A stretch of 64,000 nucleotides of DNA, taken from contig CAIOKC010000027.1 of assembly GCA_903858755.1 (NCBI GenBank), positions 2,192 through 66,191 of the forward strand. Direction: 5' to 3'. Position 1 is the stretch's first letter; each line of letters opens with the position of its first letter. Source of the DNA: an uncultured bacterium (GTDB lineage: Bacteria; Patescibacteriota; Minisyncoccia; Phycocordibacterales; UBA2100). Shown here piece by piece: positions 19,626 through 28,288 of the stretch. The position numbers and the translations under genes were made by a program. The notes under the pieces were generated by a model. The model made no database searches, was not told the origin of the DNA, and was given only the letters and a program-made list of their open reading frames with translations.

Positions 19626-21314
19626 TTACTGAACCTGGAACGTAAGCGTGTTCGATGTTCCCGAAGCATTGCTGACCGATACCTGGATAGGACCCGGCAT
19701 CACCTGCTGGATGCTCTGCGTGCAAAGCGTGCCCGGAGCCGCAAGGTCGCATGGCGAGACATACCACGGAATAGTGTAGTAGATGGTCGTGCCGTTGACG
19801 CTCGGGACATGCTGCGTGCCGCCCATACCGAAACGCACGGTATTATCGTTGTTGAATCCTGATCCGGTGATGATGAGCTGCGTACCGCGCGCACCAGTCG
19901 ATGGTGAGAGATACGAAATGGTCACGGGATTGTACGTGCCCGAGCCAGAGACAACGACGCTCGCCGAAGCGGAGTTCTGTTGAGCCGAAGCATTGCTCAC
20001 GGTGAAGGTCGGTGAGTACGTGCCATTGGCGTAGTACGTGTGCGTGAAAGTGAGCGTCGTCTGACCCTGCGAATAGATGGTCTGTGGAGCGACCGCGCTT
20101 GCGCCATACACATATGCATCACCCCAATTCACGGACGCGGTAAGATACGAGCCGCCCGGATTATTGACGACCAGCGTCCACGTGCCCTGCACGCCGGATT
20201 GCAGCGTAGTCGGACCGTTCACGCTCGTGATCGACGGCGCAACGCCGCTCGAGATTGAAGTGATGGTAAACGGAAGTGCGTTGCTCGAAAGACCGGCGCT
20301 ATTGGAGACGGAGACATCGTAGGTCCCTGCGACAATCGCCTGCGAGCCGAAGCCGGTGAGCTGCGCGGGAATGACGAAGGACACCGAGCGACCGTCGGGA
20401 GAATTCAGGTTGCCGATGATGCCGTTGCCGAAGTGGACGCTGTTGCCGGTCGTAGAGAACCCGCTACCGAAGACGGTGACCCATGTGCCCACAGTGCCTG
20501 AATTCGGCGAAAGGTAGCTCGCGACCGGAATGCCGTTTGTCGCGCCGCAGCCGTATCCGCCAAACGAACATCCGCATCCGTACGAGCCGCCGTACGAGTA
20601 TGTGCTGCATGGATACTGATTGTATTGGTTGTACGGATAGTACGTGCCGTAGGGGTAGAGCGTGAAGGTCATCTTATTGCTCGTACCGCGCGAATTCGAG
20701 ACGTAGAGTTCCACGCTCTGATTCTGACCATAGGAATACGTGGCGGGAACGACGAACGTGAGCGAGGTGCCATTCGAAGAGACTCCGGAGACCGCTTGCG
20801 AGCCGAAGTAGACGATGTTGTTGATCGGATCAAAACCGATTCCGTAGAGCGTGACCGTGTTGCCCGGTACGCCGGTGTTCTGCGACATCGACGTGATCGA
20901 GAGAGTGCCGGTCGGATACGTGGAATACGCCGGGTAGACAGAAGTGTACGGATACGCATTGAAGTTGTAGCTGAACGGATTGTACGCGGAGGAAGATGCG
21001 CCGAGATATCCGCAGCTCGCGGCATTGATTGCCGCGCGCGTCGCGCTGTCTACCGAGCCGGTCATCGCGAGACCCTGCGCTTGCTGGAAATTACGCACCG
21101 CAGCCGCGGTCGCCTGACCATAGTAGCCGGTTACCATCCACGACCCACCGCCCGGATAATTCTGGGAGACGAGAAAATTTTGAAGATTCGTGACCTGTGA
21201 ACCGCGAGAGCCAGTCGAGAGATCGCTGGTGAGCGAAATGCAGGTCTGCGCAGAGGCGACACTCGCGCCGAAAAGAGCGACTATGAAAAGGGCAGAGGGA
21301 ATAATTTTGTTCAT
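19626..21314 (-). CDS. Secreted protein with peptidoglycan-binding domain plus IPT/TIG and PKD-like repeats
   Basis: Signal peptide; GS.V..LQ.FL...TG.YG..T..AV..FQ; repeated SP..G..G..VT..G.GF; Tyr-rich linkers. Confidence 0.85.
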   Translation of the reverse strand: MNKIIPSALFIVALFGASVASAQTCISLTSDLSTGSRGSQVTNLQNFLVSQNYPGGGSWMVTGYYGQATAAAVRNFQQAQGLAMTGSVDSATRAAINAASCGYLGASSSAYNPFSYNFNAYPYTSVYPAYSTYPTGTLSITSMSQNTGVPGNTVTLYGIGFDPINNIVYFGSQAVSGVSSNGTSLTFVVPATYSYGQNQSVELYVSNSRGTSNKMTFTLYPYGTYYPYNQYNQYPCSTYSYGGSYGCGCSFGGYGCGATNGIPVASYLSPNSGTVGTWVTVFGSGFSTTGNSVHFGNGIIGNLNSPDGRSVSFVIPAQLTGFGSQAIVAGTYDVSVSNSAGLSSNALPFTITSISSGVAPSITSVNGPTTLQSGVQGTWTLVVNNPGGSYLTASVNWGDAYVYGASAVAPQTIYSQGQTTLTFTHTYYANGTYSPTFTVSNASAQQNSASASVVVSGSGTYNPVTISYLSPSTGARGTQLIITGSGFNNDNTVRFGMGGTQHVPSVNGTTIYYTIPWYVSPCDLAAPGTLCTQSIQQVMPGPIQVSVSNASGTSNTLTFQVQ

Positions 21315-21418
21315 GGCTAATGTATGGCTCTACGTAAGGGTTTTAGCCCTGATGAGCGGTTAGTGATAAGGATTAATGTCGGTATTATACACCGAAATCT
21401 CGCCTAACGCAAGCCCCA

Positions 21419-21880
21419 TTATTCGACCGATAGATCCCCGCGAAACTCCTGCCGGATATGTTTCTGCAACCGTCTATTCCGCGAGTGAGACAGGATACCG
21501 AGATACGATTCTCTGCTCTGCGTAAGCGCCATTTCGTCGATGAGTCCTTGTCGCAGCGCCTCGCTTCGTTCATGCAGTTTCCGCATCATCCGTTTCTTCG
21601 TTCTCGTACGGACGACGCGATGGTGCGGGAAGTGGACAAAGCCGAGAAAGTCGATACCTTTGCCGATCGTACCGAATCGCACTTTGTGCGGGTGCAGGGT
21701 CATAGACAATCGCTGTTCCAAAAACTCGCGTATCAAAGGCAGCAATCGTTCGAGTTCCTTTTTGTCGCGACTCAAAATGACGAAATCGTCGTTGTACCGG
21801 AGATACTGCTTGCAGCCTAACGTGCGCTTTACGTATTGATCCAGCGGATCGAGATAGACATTCGCAAAAACCCGCGAGGA
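21419..21880 (-). pseudogene. DGR reverse transcriptase, N-terminally truncated
   Basis: Reading frame starts right after TAA (21883-21881): SSRVFANVYLDPLD...YLRYNDDF...LHPHK...GIDFLGF...SYLG; N-terminal RT motifs absent. Confidence 0.88.
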
Positions 21881-21898
21881 TTAGTCGCGGGTTTTTGC
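21864..21898 (-). terminator. Hairpin downstream of the TR, overlapping the RT deletion junction
   Basis: GCAAAAACCCGCGA-CTAATCC-TCGCGGGTTTTTGC. Confidence 0.7.
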
Positions 21899-21906
21899 CA
21901 ACCGTT

Positions 21907-22014
21907 CGGGAGAGGCAGACGCCAATGAACTCGTTGGTGATCCTCGGGTTGTTCCTGTTCACGTTCGCGCCGTCTCGATCGAAGTTGCCGACATACACGA
22001 GGTTGCCGTCGGAA
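21907..22014 (-). repeat. DGR template repeat (TR)
   Basis: 108 nt, gapless match to 22287-22394; 7 AAC codons; 17 of 18 mismatches fall at TR adenines. Confidence 0.95.
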
Positions 22015-22223
22015 TCACGCCTGCCGTTTGGCTCGGAGCCATCTGTGTAAGACCGCTGCGGATCCGAAGACCAGGCTGCGGCCTTGTGGGGTATACGATG
22101 TGCGCGATCACCCCCGTATCAGACTTCCGCGCCAGTTCCAAGCCAAAGCATGGTTGTATGGCGACCGGCATCCGTAAACGCCGGTTCATGAGCCATGCCT
22201 ATCATAGCAAAAATTTTTCGGAT

Positions 22224-22248
22224 GCATCGGCTCTAACCGAGCCGATGC
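22224..22248 (-). promoter_or_regulatory. DGR homing hairpin/cruciform downstream of the VR
   Basis: GCATCGGCTC-TAACC-GAGCCGATGC, perfect 10-bp stem about 30 nt after the target stop. Confidence 0.8.
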
Positions 22249-22279
22249 GACTCAAAAGGCAAAACACAAGGCACAAAAA

Positions 22280-24253
22280 TCACATGCGGGAGAGACAGAC
22301 GCCAAGGAACTCGTCGGTGAGCCCCGGGCTGTGCCCGCGCACGAACGCGCCGTCCCGAGCGAAGCTGCCGACACACACGAGGCTGCCGCCGGAAGTACGC
22401 CCTGAAGTCCATGTATATATACTGGGCAACAATTTCTCCGATCGCGCCTGATCGTTGAGGACAAGGCGGTACATCGCTTCAACGGGCCGCTCGCGAGTCA
22501 GCTTCGTGATCGCAAGCTCGCTCAATCGCCTCGAACCCTCTTGCCACTCGGAAATAGTGCTCGACGTGGCAAGGCGTGCCAGTTCCGTTTTCTGTCGATT
22601 GAAGTCATCTATCGCCGTACCGAAGGTCGGAGGAAGGACACGCCCCTTGAACACGTCGTTTTTCAAATGTGCAATTACCGTCTCCGTTTGTTGCACGTAA
22701 TTCTGCGACAGAGAATTGGGCACCACTTCGTCAGAGGTAAGGTGCCAGCCCACGCGGGGCTTCTCGCTTTTGAAAAACTCCTCGTTGTTGTACCAGTCCT
22801 GATCGTAATACATCGGATTACCGTCGTGCGCTTTTGCAAACTTCTCTTTCATATTTTTGAGCGTCACATCGACAATCTCGGACGCACCTTTGCGTCCGGA
22901 CCGTCCCGGCTTCTCCATCACCATCTTGTCGGTGTAAAGAATCAATTTTTGACCAAGGCGCTTTGCGTTTTCCAGATCGGCTCGCGAGAACTGGATCGGA
23001 TCCGTGCGATCGACGCCGAAGACGCGCCTTACATCCGCATATCCGAACACTTTTTCTTGTCCCATGATGCGCTCGGCTTCTGCGATCGTCATACCTTCGA
23101 CCCCTGCCTCGGGTGCTGTCGGCGGAGCTTCGGCTGGTATCTCTTGCGCCCCCAACTCGCGGCGTTTCGTGTTCTGCGGAGGCGCGTAGACGACCGTGTT
23201 GATGAGCGCCTGAATCTTGTCGCGATCGGCCTGATCGCTCACGCGGTTGGTGTAGTAGTAGCGGAGCGCGTCTTGGAAGGTTTTGTTGATGTCGCCGCGA
23301 TAGAATCGTTGCACGAACTCGAATATGCGCTTGTCGTCGCGGGGAGTGGCAAACGCGACCGGTTGCGGCTGACCTCGTGCGATCGTCCGGTTCTCCACTT
23401 CATTCCGCAGCGCTTCCGATACTTCCACGTACCGCGCAAGCAACTCTTCGATGCCAGGAATCGTGGCGACCTCCGCTTCGGAGAGCATTTCGCCTTGCGC
23501 GAGATACTCCTCTTTCGGAATATTAATCCTATTGTCCTTGCCCAAACGTCCCAAAAGACGTGCCGTGCGTGTTTTCTCATCGAGACGATCCGGTTCTTTG
23601 ATATACACGAAGCGATCGATCTGCGCGGGGTCGAGCACTTCACGATCACCATATGAGCCGCCCGGAGGATTCTGCGCCGCGACGATGCGAAATTCGGGAT
23701 GTACTTTCACTATCTCGCTATTATTTTCGGTGAGTACGATCTCGCCTTTGCCGCGAAGGATCGAATCGAGGACTTCGTGCAGACGGCCACGGGTATCGCC
23801 GCGCATGAAATTGTATTCGTCGAGAAAGAGCACCCCGCCCTGGCGAGCCGCTTGCAATATCACGCCGTCTTTCCAGCCGAAGCCGCTTTTGGTGTCTTCG
23901 CGCACCGTCTGCGACCCGATCAGCGTGTCCGCATCATAGTCGTGGCAGTTGGCATAGTACGTTTCTCGGTTGAGTTCGGCGCACATACGATCCACCGTCT
24001 GCGATTTACCAAGACCGGAACCGCCTTCGACAAGCACGGGCTGATTGAGCGAGAGGCCGACCGCGATCTTTTGCGAGAGGCGCAGATCGTATTCGGTGAG
24101 CGTGTCGTTCTTGAAGCGATCGAGATTCGGGACATTCACGCCGCCTACGCCCTTCATCACTTCCGTGCCGAGATACGAGACAGATTTTTCTTTGTCCTCA
24201 AAAGGCGGAGGGGCATCTTTTCGCAACTGTTCCGGTTTGAATCGCTCGATCAT
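22280..24253 (-). CDS. MoxR/AAA_5-type AAA+ ATPase fused to a C-terminal DGR-variable (CLec-like) domain
   Basis: Walker A GGSGLGKS, Walker B LFLDEYN, AAQNP, LDPAQIDRF; P/A/E linker; YTWT...VG.F...G..V...GV.LSR C-terminus. Confidence 0.92.
   Translation of the reverse strand: MIERFKPEQLRKDAPPPFEDKEKSVSYLGTEVMKGVGGVNVPNLDRFKNDTLTEYDLRLSQKIAVGLSLNQPVLVEGGSGLGKSQTVDRMCAELNRETYYANCHDYDADTLIGSQTVREDTKSGFGWKDGVILQAARQGGVLFLDEYNFMRGDTRGRLHEVLDSILRGKGEIVLTENNSEIVKVHPEFRIVAAQNPPGGSYGDREVLDPAQIDRFVYIKEPDRLDEKTRTARLLGRLGKDNRINIPKEEYLAQGEMLSEAEVATIPGIEELLARYVEVSEALRNEVENRTIARGQPQPVAFATPRDDKRIFEFVQRFYRGDINKTFQDALRYYYTNRVSDQADRDKIQALINTVVYAPPQNTKRRELGAQEIPAEAPPTAPEAGVEGMTIAEAERIMGQEKVFGYADVRRVFGVDRTDPIQFSRADLENAKRLGQKLILYTDKMVMEKPGRSGRKGASEIVDVTLKNMKEKFAKAHDGNPMYYDQDWYNNEEFFKSEKPRVGWHLTSDEVVPNSLSQNYVQQTETVIAHLKNDVFKGRVLPPTFGTAIDDFNRQKTELARLATSSTISEWQEGSRRLSELAITKLTRERPVEAMYRLVLNDQARSEKLLPSIYTWTSGRTSGGSLVCVGSFARDGAFVRGHSPGLTDEFLGVCLSRM
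22287..22394 (-). repeat. DGR variable region (VR)
   Basis: Encodes SGGSLVCVGSFARDGAFVRGHSPGLTDEFLGVCLSR at the target C-terminus. Confidence 0.95.
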
Positions 24254-24669
24254 ACTTGTTCGATGAGTCCCACCTTTTCCCGGACGGAGAAGCCGCTTGT
24301 TTCTATTTTCTCAAGATCACCAACGCTCACTAGAACAACAAAATGGGTGTGAAGAGGATCGAACTGTGCAGCCTTGTATTCCATTGTTTCTTTGTCCATC
24401 AGCTGCACCATGCCGCCCCGCTCGGTGTATTGCGCGATGAAATCGTACCACTGTTTCAAGAGCGGATGAGAAATCGTGGCGACCACGGACTTTCCGGCTT
24501 GCATAAGATCGAGAGCATCAACCGGTGAACTGGTTCGGGTAAAGCCCGCATCCACGAGTACTCGCCCCGCATCAATCAGGTCCGTGTATTCGTCGCAGAC
24601 GATGAGAGCCGCCTCTTTTTGCTTCTGCACATATCCGATAAATTCGGACAGACTGTTAGAATTCGTCAT
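24250..24669 (-). CDS. Hypothetical protein, middle gene of the vWA-X-AAA operon
   Basis: Overlaps the vWA stop and has an ATGA overlap with the AAA start. Confidence 0.8.
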   Translation of the reverse strand: MTNSNSLSEFIGYVQKQKEAALIVCDEYTDLIDAGRVLVDAGFTRTSSPVDALDLMQAGKSVVATISHPLLKQWYDFIAQYTERGGMVQLMDKETMEYKAAQFDPLHTHFVVLVSVGDLEKIETSGFSVREKVGLIEQV

Positions 24670-26728
24670 ACCGCTCGATTGCGTCAAGTATAAGGTCTGC
24701 CAGCTTTTCCGCCATCTCCTCTACGCTCACATTCGCTATGCTGTTTGGGTAGTATTGCCGGACGTGCTCGGTGCCGCGTCCTAGCCCGAGGCCGATGAGC
24801 TTTTGGTCGGTTTCCGCTTCAATGCGCTTCACGACTGATTCCAGGTCATATTGCGGTCCCCTGCGGTGAGGGGAAGGGACAGGAAGACCGTCTGATATTG
24901 GAATAAGGAACTTCTCACTTGCATCCGCCTGCGCAAGCCGTTTCGATGCCTCCGAGAGTGCCCACCCGTCGTCGTTCCATCTCGCATGGCCCGTCTTCAC
25001 TTCTTGCAGCATGCTGCCCATGTTCTCACGCACTGCGTCGGAAAGCGGAGCGCTGAATCTGCGGTATTCTCGCAGCTCATCGTGAAAACCCAGAATCTCG
25101 GTTTTTATCGAAAGCCGGTTGAGCGCTTCGGTGAGCGCTACCGCGCCTTGGAATGCGGCGCGAATCTTGTCTCCGCGAGACATGGAGCCGGAGAGGTCCA
25201 CAAGGAGCGTAAAGGCATGGTCTTTTTCGATCGGCTTGTCGCGCCTTTGCCACGCACGGCTTTTTGGCGCAGGAACGTCTTTGGCGATCTCTTGAATGCG
25301 TTTCTGTATGCGGATGCGGGGACCGGACTTCTTGCCGGGCTCCCATCCGCGAGCTTTGCGGGCACGGAATATGTTGCGCAAATCGTTTTCGAGGCGGTTG
25401 ACGACATCCGCGACTTCCCGCAATGCTTCGTCGTATGCGTCTCTTTTGCCTTCGAGAATATCCCGTATCTGGTCTTGCACGCTCGATCGGTCGAATCCTT
25501 CGAGCGGATCGCGGAGACTGGTCGTATCTGTATCTACTGGTTGTTTTCTTTCCGCCACTTGATCTGAAAGTTTACCCTTCAGTTTCTCACCGAGCTTGTC
25601 CTCGATATCCCGAATTGCTTGCCTCGCCTTTTCTTCGAGTTCGCGTCTCTTCTCTTCCGGCAACGATTCAACGTACTCTTTGATCTTTTCTTTCGTCTCG
25701 GGCGAAAGCAAATCCATATCGATCACAACATCGTTGCCGCCTTGCTTTTCGTCTTGATTTGATCGCTTGCCCTGAGCTTGTCGAAGGGCTTCGCGTATCG
25801 CACCCTCGATTTCCTTTTGCTGATCCGGCGTCAGGTTGTCTTTCAATTCCTGCGGCAAATTCGGTTGTCCTTGTCCGCCTTCGCCCTGCTGCATTTCCTG
25901 TATCGCTTTCTGCGTACGCTCGTCTTTCATATCCTCGTCGACGAGCCTCTTGTACTCCGGCCAGATATTGTCGCGGTTGATCTCGTATGAGCGTTTCGCG
26001 TACGCTTCAATCGTCGCTTCGCTTTGATCGGCCTCGTCTTTCGACGGATAGCGCCACCAGGAATCCTGCGCGGCTGAGAGCGTTTTCTGCACGACCGCTT
26101 TCACATCGTCGGGGAGCGTCTTGTCGATCTCAAACTCTTTTCCATGCACTTCGCGGAACCACTGTTTGATGTATTCGAGCCCTGCTCGCGCGAAGCGGGG
26201 CGTGAAACCCAATTTTTTCTTCGTTTTTTTCATTTCAGCCTCGAACTCCTGATCGAGCGTGTATGTCGCGTCGCGGTCGGCGGAGAGCGCAGGATACGCC
26301 TCGGTGATGAAATTGTTGTCGCGAGGATCTTCGATCGCGTTGGACATGAACGCAAACCCCGGTTGACGCCACACGTCGTCGGGAATAAAACTCGTGCGAC
26401 TAATGCGACGGTGCCCTCCTTCATGCGCCGTCACCCAGCGGGAGTACGAGAGCGGCTTTTTGAGCAAATCCTTCGGGTCGACCTTGATGTGGTTGTCCTT
26501 GAAGTTCCAGTGCCAACCCGCGCCCGGACGATTCAGAAGCACGGGAATCTCGAAGTCCTTGCCGATAAAGTACGCGATGGACGATAGAACGCGCTGCTTG
26601 TACCTGATCTCTTGTCGCTGCGACTCGTTGAATCCGGCAAGTATCTGTTCGTCCTCGTTGCGATTTGGTCCCTCCTGTCCTCGCGGTCTGCGCGGTCCCA
26701 TTGCTTCGAGACGGTTCAAGCCTTTCAT
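24656..26728 (-). CDS. vWA-domain protein (CobT/NorD-like) with N-terminal HExxH region
   Basis: AHEGGH...NAIEDPR; charged helical middle; MIDAS LVDLSGSM, ISDG; TGcCACAAT 6 nt upstream of ATG 26728. Confidence 0.88.
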   Translation of the reverse strand: MKGLNRLEAMGPRRPRGQEGPNRNEDEQILAGFNESQRQEIRYKQRVLSSIAYFIGKDFEIPVLLNRPGAGWHWNFKDNHIKVDPKDLLKKPLSYSRWVTAHEGGHRRISRTSFIPDDVWRQPGFAFMSNAIEDPRDNNFITEAYPALSADRDATYTLDQEFEAEMKKTKKKLGFTPRFARAGLEYIKQWFREVHGKEFEIDKTLPDDVKAVVQKTLSAAQDSWWRYPSKDEADQSEATIEAYAKRSYEINRDNIWPEYKRLVDEDMKDERTQKAIQEMQQGEGGQGQPNLPQELKDNLTPDQQKEIEGAIREALRQAQGKRSNQDEKQGGNDVVIDMDLLSPETKEKIKEYVESLPEEKRRELEEKARQAIRDIEDKLGEKLKGKLSDQVAERKQPVDTDTTSLRDPLEGFDRSSVQDQIRDILEGKRDAYDEALREVADVVNRLENDLRNIFRARKARGWEPGKKSGPRIRIQKRIQEIAKDVPAPKSRAWQRRDKPIEKDHAFTLLVDLSGSMSRGDKIRAAFQGAVALTEALNRLSIKTEILGFHDELREYRRFSAPLSDAVRENMGSMLQEVKTGHARWNDDGWALSEASKRLAQADASEKFLIPISDGLPVPSPHRRGPQYDLESVVKRIEAETDQKLIGLGLGRGTEHVRQYYPNSIANVSVEEMAEKLADLILDAIERYDEF

Positions 26729-26903
26729 GGGCGAATTGTGGCACATCAAAAGCCCCTCTGACAGCCGGTATGGGATAACCATCAACATTGCTCTTTGAAA
26801 CGGCTGTTGCAAAAAAGGTGTAAGAATGCACGCACATCCACCGTCTCCCTCTACGCGCGGAGCAACATCCGCGTCATTACCAAATTAGCAACAATAAAAT
26901 ACC

Positions 26904-27419
26904 ATGAACACTCTCAAAAAGATTCTCGGGACGACTACGCTCGCGGTGCTTGTGTGCATGCCAATCGCGGCTTCGGCTGATTCTATCGGCGCACGCGGGG
27001 GCACAGGCGTCTTCGTCGGAGAAAACGGCGTCGTTCACGTACTTGGCGCACAAGTATCTGCGATTTCAGGCAATGTCATCAGTGCATTCACCTCAATCGG
27101 CAACGTCGTGATGAATTGGACGATCAATGCATCGAGCGACACGAAGATAGCCGGCGGCGGCTCGAAAAGCGCGACCGTCGCTGACCTTCACGTCGGCGAT
27201 AAGATCGCTTTTTCCGGCACCAATAGCACGAGCTCGCCTCTCACGATCTCGGCTCGCAAGATTGTCGACATCACGACCACTCCGCCGCGTACGCATAAGA
27301 CCGACACCATGAGCGACGATGAAAACGGCGACAAAAAACGCGCTTGGGGGCGCGGCTCAGGGAAATTCTTCGGCGGTCTCCACTTCGGGCTTGGCGACAG
27401 GCACGGTAAAGACGACTAA
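26904..27419 (+). CDS. Secreted hypothetical protein (DUF5666-like)
   Basis: Signal peptide; DLHVGDKI.F.G pattern. Confidence 0.65.
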   Translation: MNTLKKILGTTTLAVLVCMPIAASADSIGARGGTGVFVGENGVVHVLGAQVSAISGNVISAFTSIGNVVMNWTINASSDTKIAGGGSKSATVADLHVGDKIAFSGTNSTSSPLTISARKIVDITTTPPRTHKTDTMSDDENGDKKRAWGRGSGKFFGGLHFGLGDRHGKDD

Positions 27420-27435
27420 TCGCTCCGACCCACAC

Positions 27436-27460
27436 AAAAAGCCCCTCGAAGGGGCTTTTT
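27436..27460. terminator. Bidirectional intrinsic terminator
   Basis: AAAAAGCCCC-TCGAA-GGGGCTTTTT. Confidence 0.8.
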
Positions 27461-27535
27461 GTCCGTAATTCGCGTTCTCAGGCGATTCTTTTTCTCTGTC
27501 GACTACATAGCCTCTCGTACTCCAAGTGTGCCAAA

Positions 27536-27769
27536 TCAGCGTTCAAGCGAATTCCCCCGCACAAACGGCTCGCTGATCCAGCCGATATCGTCGAAAAAAG
27601 GAGCAAGGACGCCGAGCGCGATCGTCGCAAGTATCGCAGAGCCGACAAAAAACCCGATCCCATACACGATGCCAGCGACGAACATGCGTGAGAGCGAGTT
27701 CTGCCGCGCGACCTGCTTATTGAGCAAGTCCAGGTGCTCGATCACTTTCGCATCATTCGCTGGTTCCAT
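27536..27769 (-). CDS. Small membrane protein (DUF5665-like)
   Basis: F..GI.YG.GF..G.A hydrophobic segment. Confidence 0.65.
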   Translation of the reverse strand: MEPANDAKVIEHLDLLNKQVARQNSLSRMFVAGIVYGIGFFVGSAILATIALGVLAPFFDDIGWISEPFVRGNSLER

Positions 27770-27781
27770 ACGGGAAGTATA

Positions 27782-28258
27782 TCAGCCGACGACCGCGCGC
27801 TCGATACTCATCGGCTCTACGGGGCGATCATTCGCATCGGTCGGCGTGCTCTCTATCGCCTCCACTATCTCCATGCCGGAGACCACTCTGCCGAAGACGG
27901 TGTGCTTGGTGTCCAAAAAGTTGTTCGGAGCGACGTTGATGAAGAATTGGCTGCCGTTGGTATTTGGTCCTGCGTTTGCCATAGCGATAGTCCCCACTTC
28001 ATTCCGATTGTTCGCATGAATCTCATCGTCACATTGGTAGCCAGGTCCGCCCGTCCCCCAGCGCGCTTTCTGGGCATCATCTTTGCTCTGCGGATCGCCG
28101 CCCTGGATCATAAAATCCTTGATCACGCGGTGGAATTTGGTGCCGTCGTAAAACCCTTCGCGCGCGAGCTTCGCAAAATTCGCAACCGTATTCGGCGCAT
28201 CTTTCTCCATCATCTCGATCCCGATCTCCCCTTTGTTCGTATGCAATGTGATTTTCAT
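27782..28258 (-). CDS. Cyclophilin-type peptidyl-prolyl isomerase
   Basis: FHRVIKDFMIQGGDP, MANAGPNTNGSQFFI, HTVFG. Confidence 0.95.
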   Translation of the reverse strand: MKITLHTNKGEIGIEMMEKDAPNTVANFAKLAREGFYDGTKFHRVIKDFMIQGGDPQSKDDAQKARWGTGGPGYQCDDEIHANNRNEVGTIAMANAGPNTNGSQFFINVAPNNFLDTKHTVFGRVVSGMEIVEAIESTPTDANDRPVEPMSIERAVVG

Positions 28259-28288
28259 ATGGAGAGCAGTGTACCAGGCTTTTTCTCT

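Noticed and set aside
21570-21998. 142-aa ORF reading through the TR
   Set aside because: It is the TR read in the VR frame running on into an off-frame of the RT; not a credible gene.
21959-22200. Possible Avd gene upstream of the TR (76-aa ORF and shorter frames)
   Set aside because: No four-helix Avd-like sequence; the ORF runs into the TR and the region looks like structured RNA.
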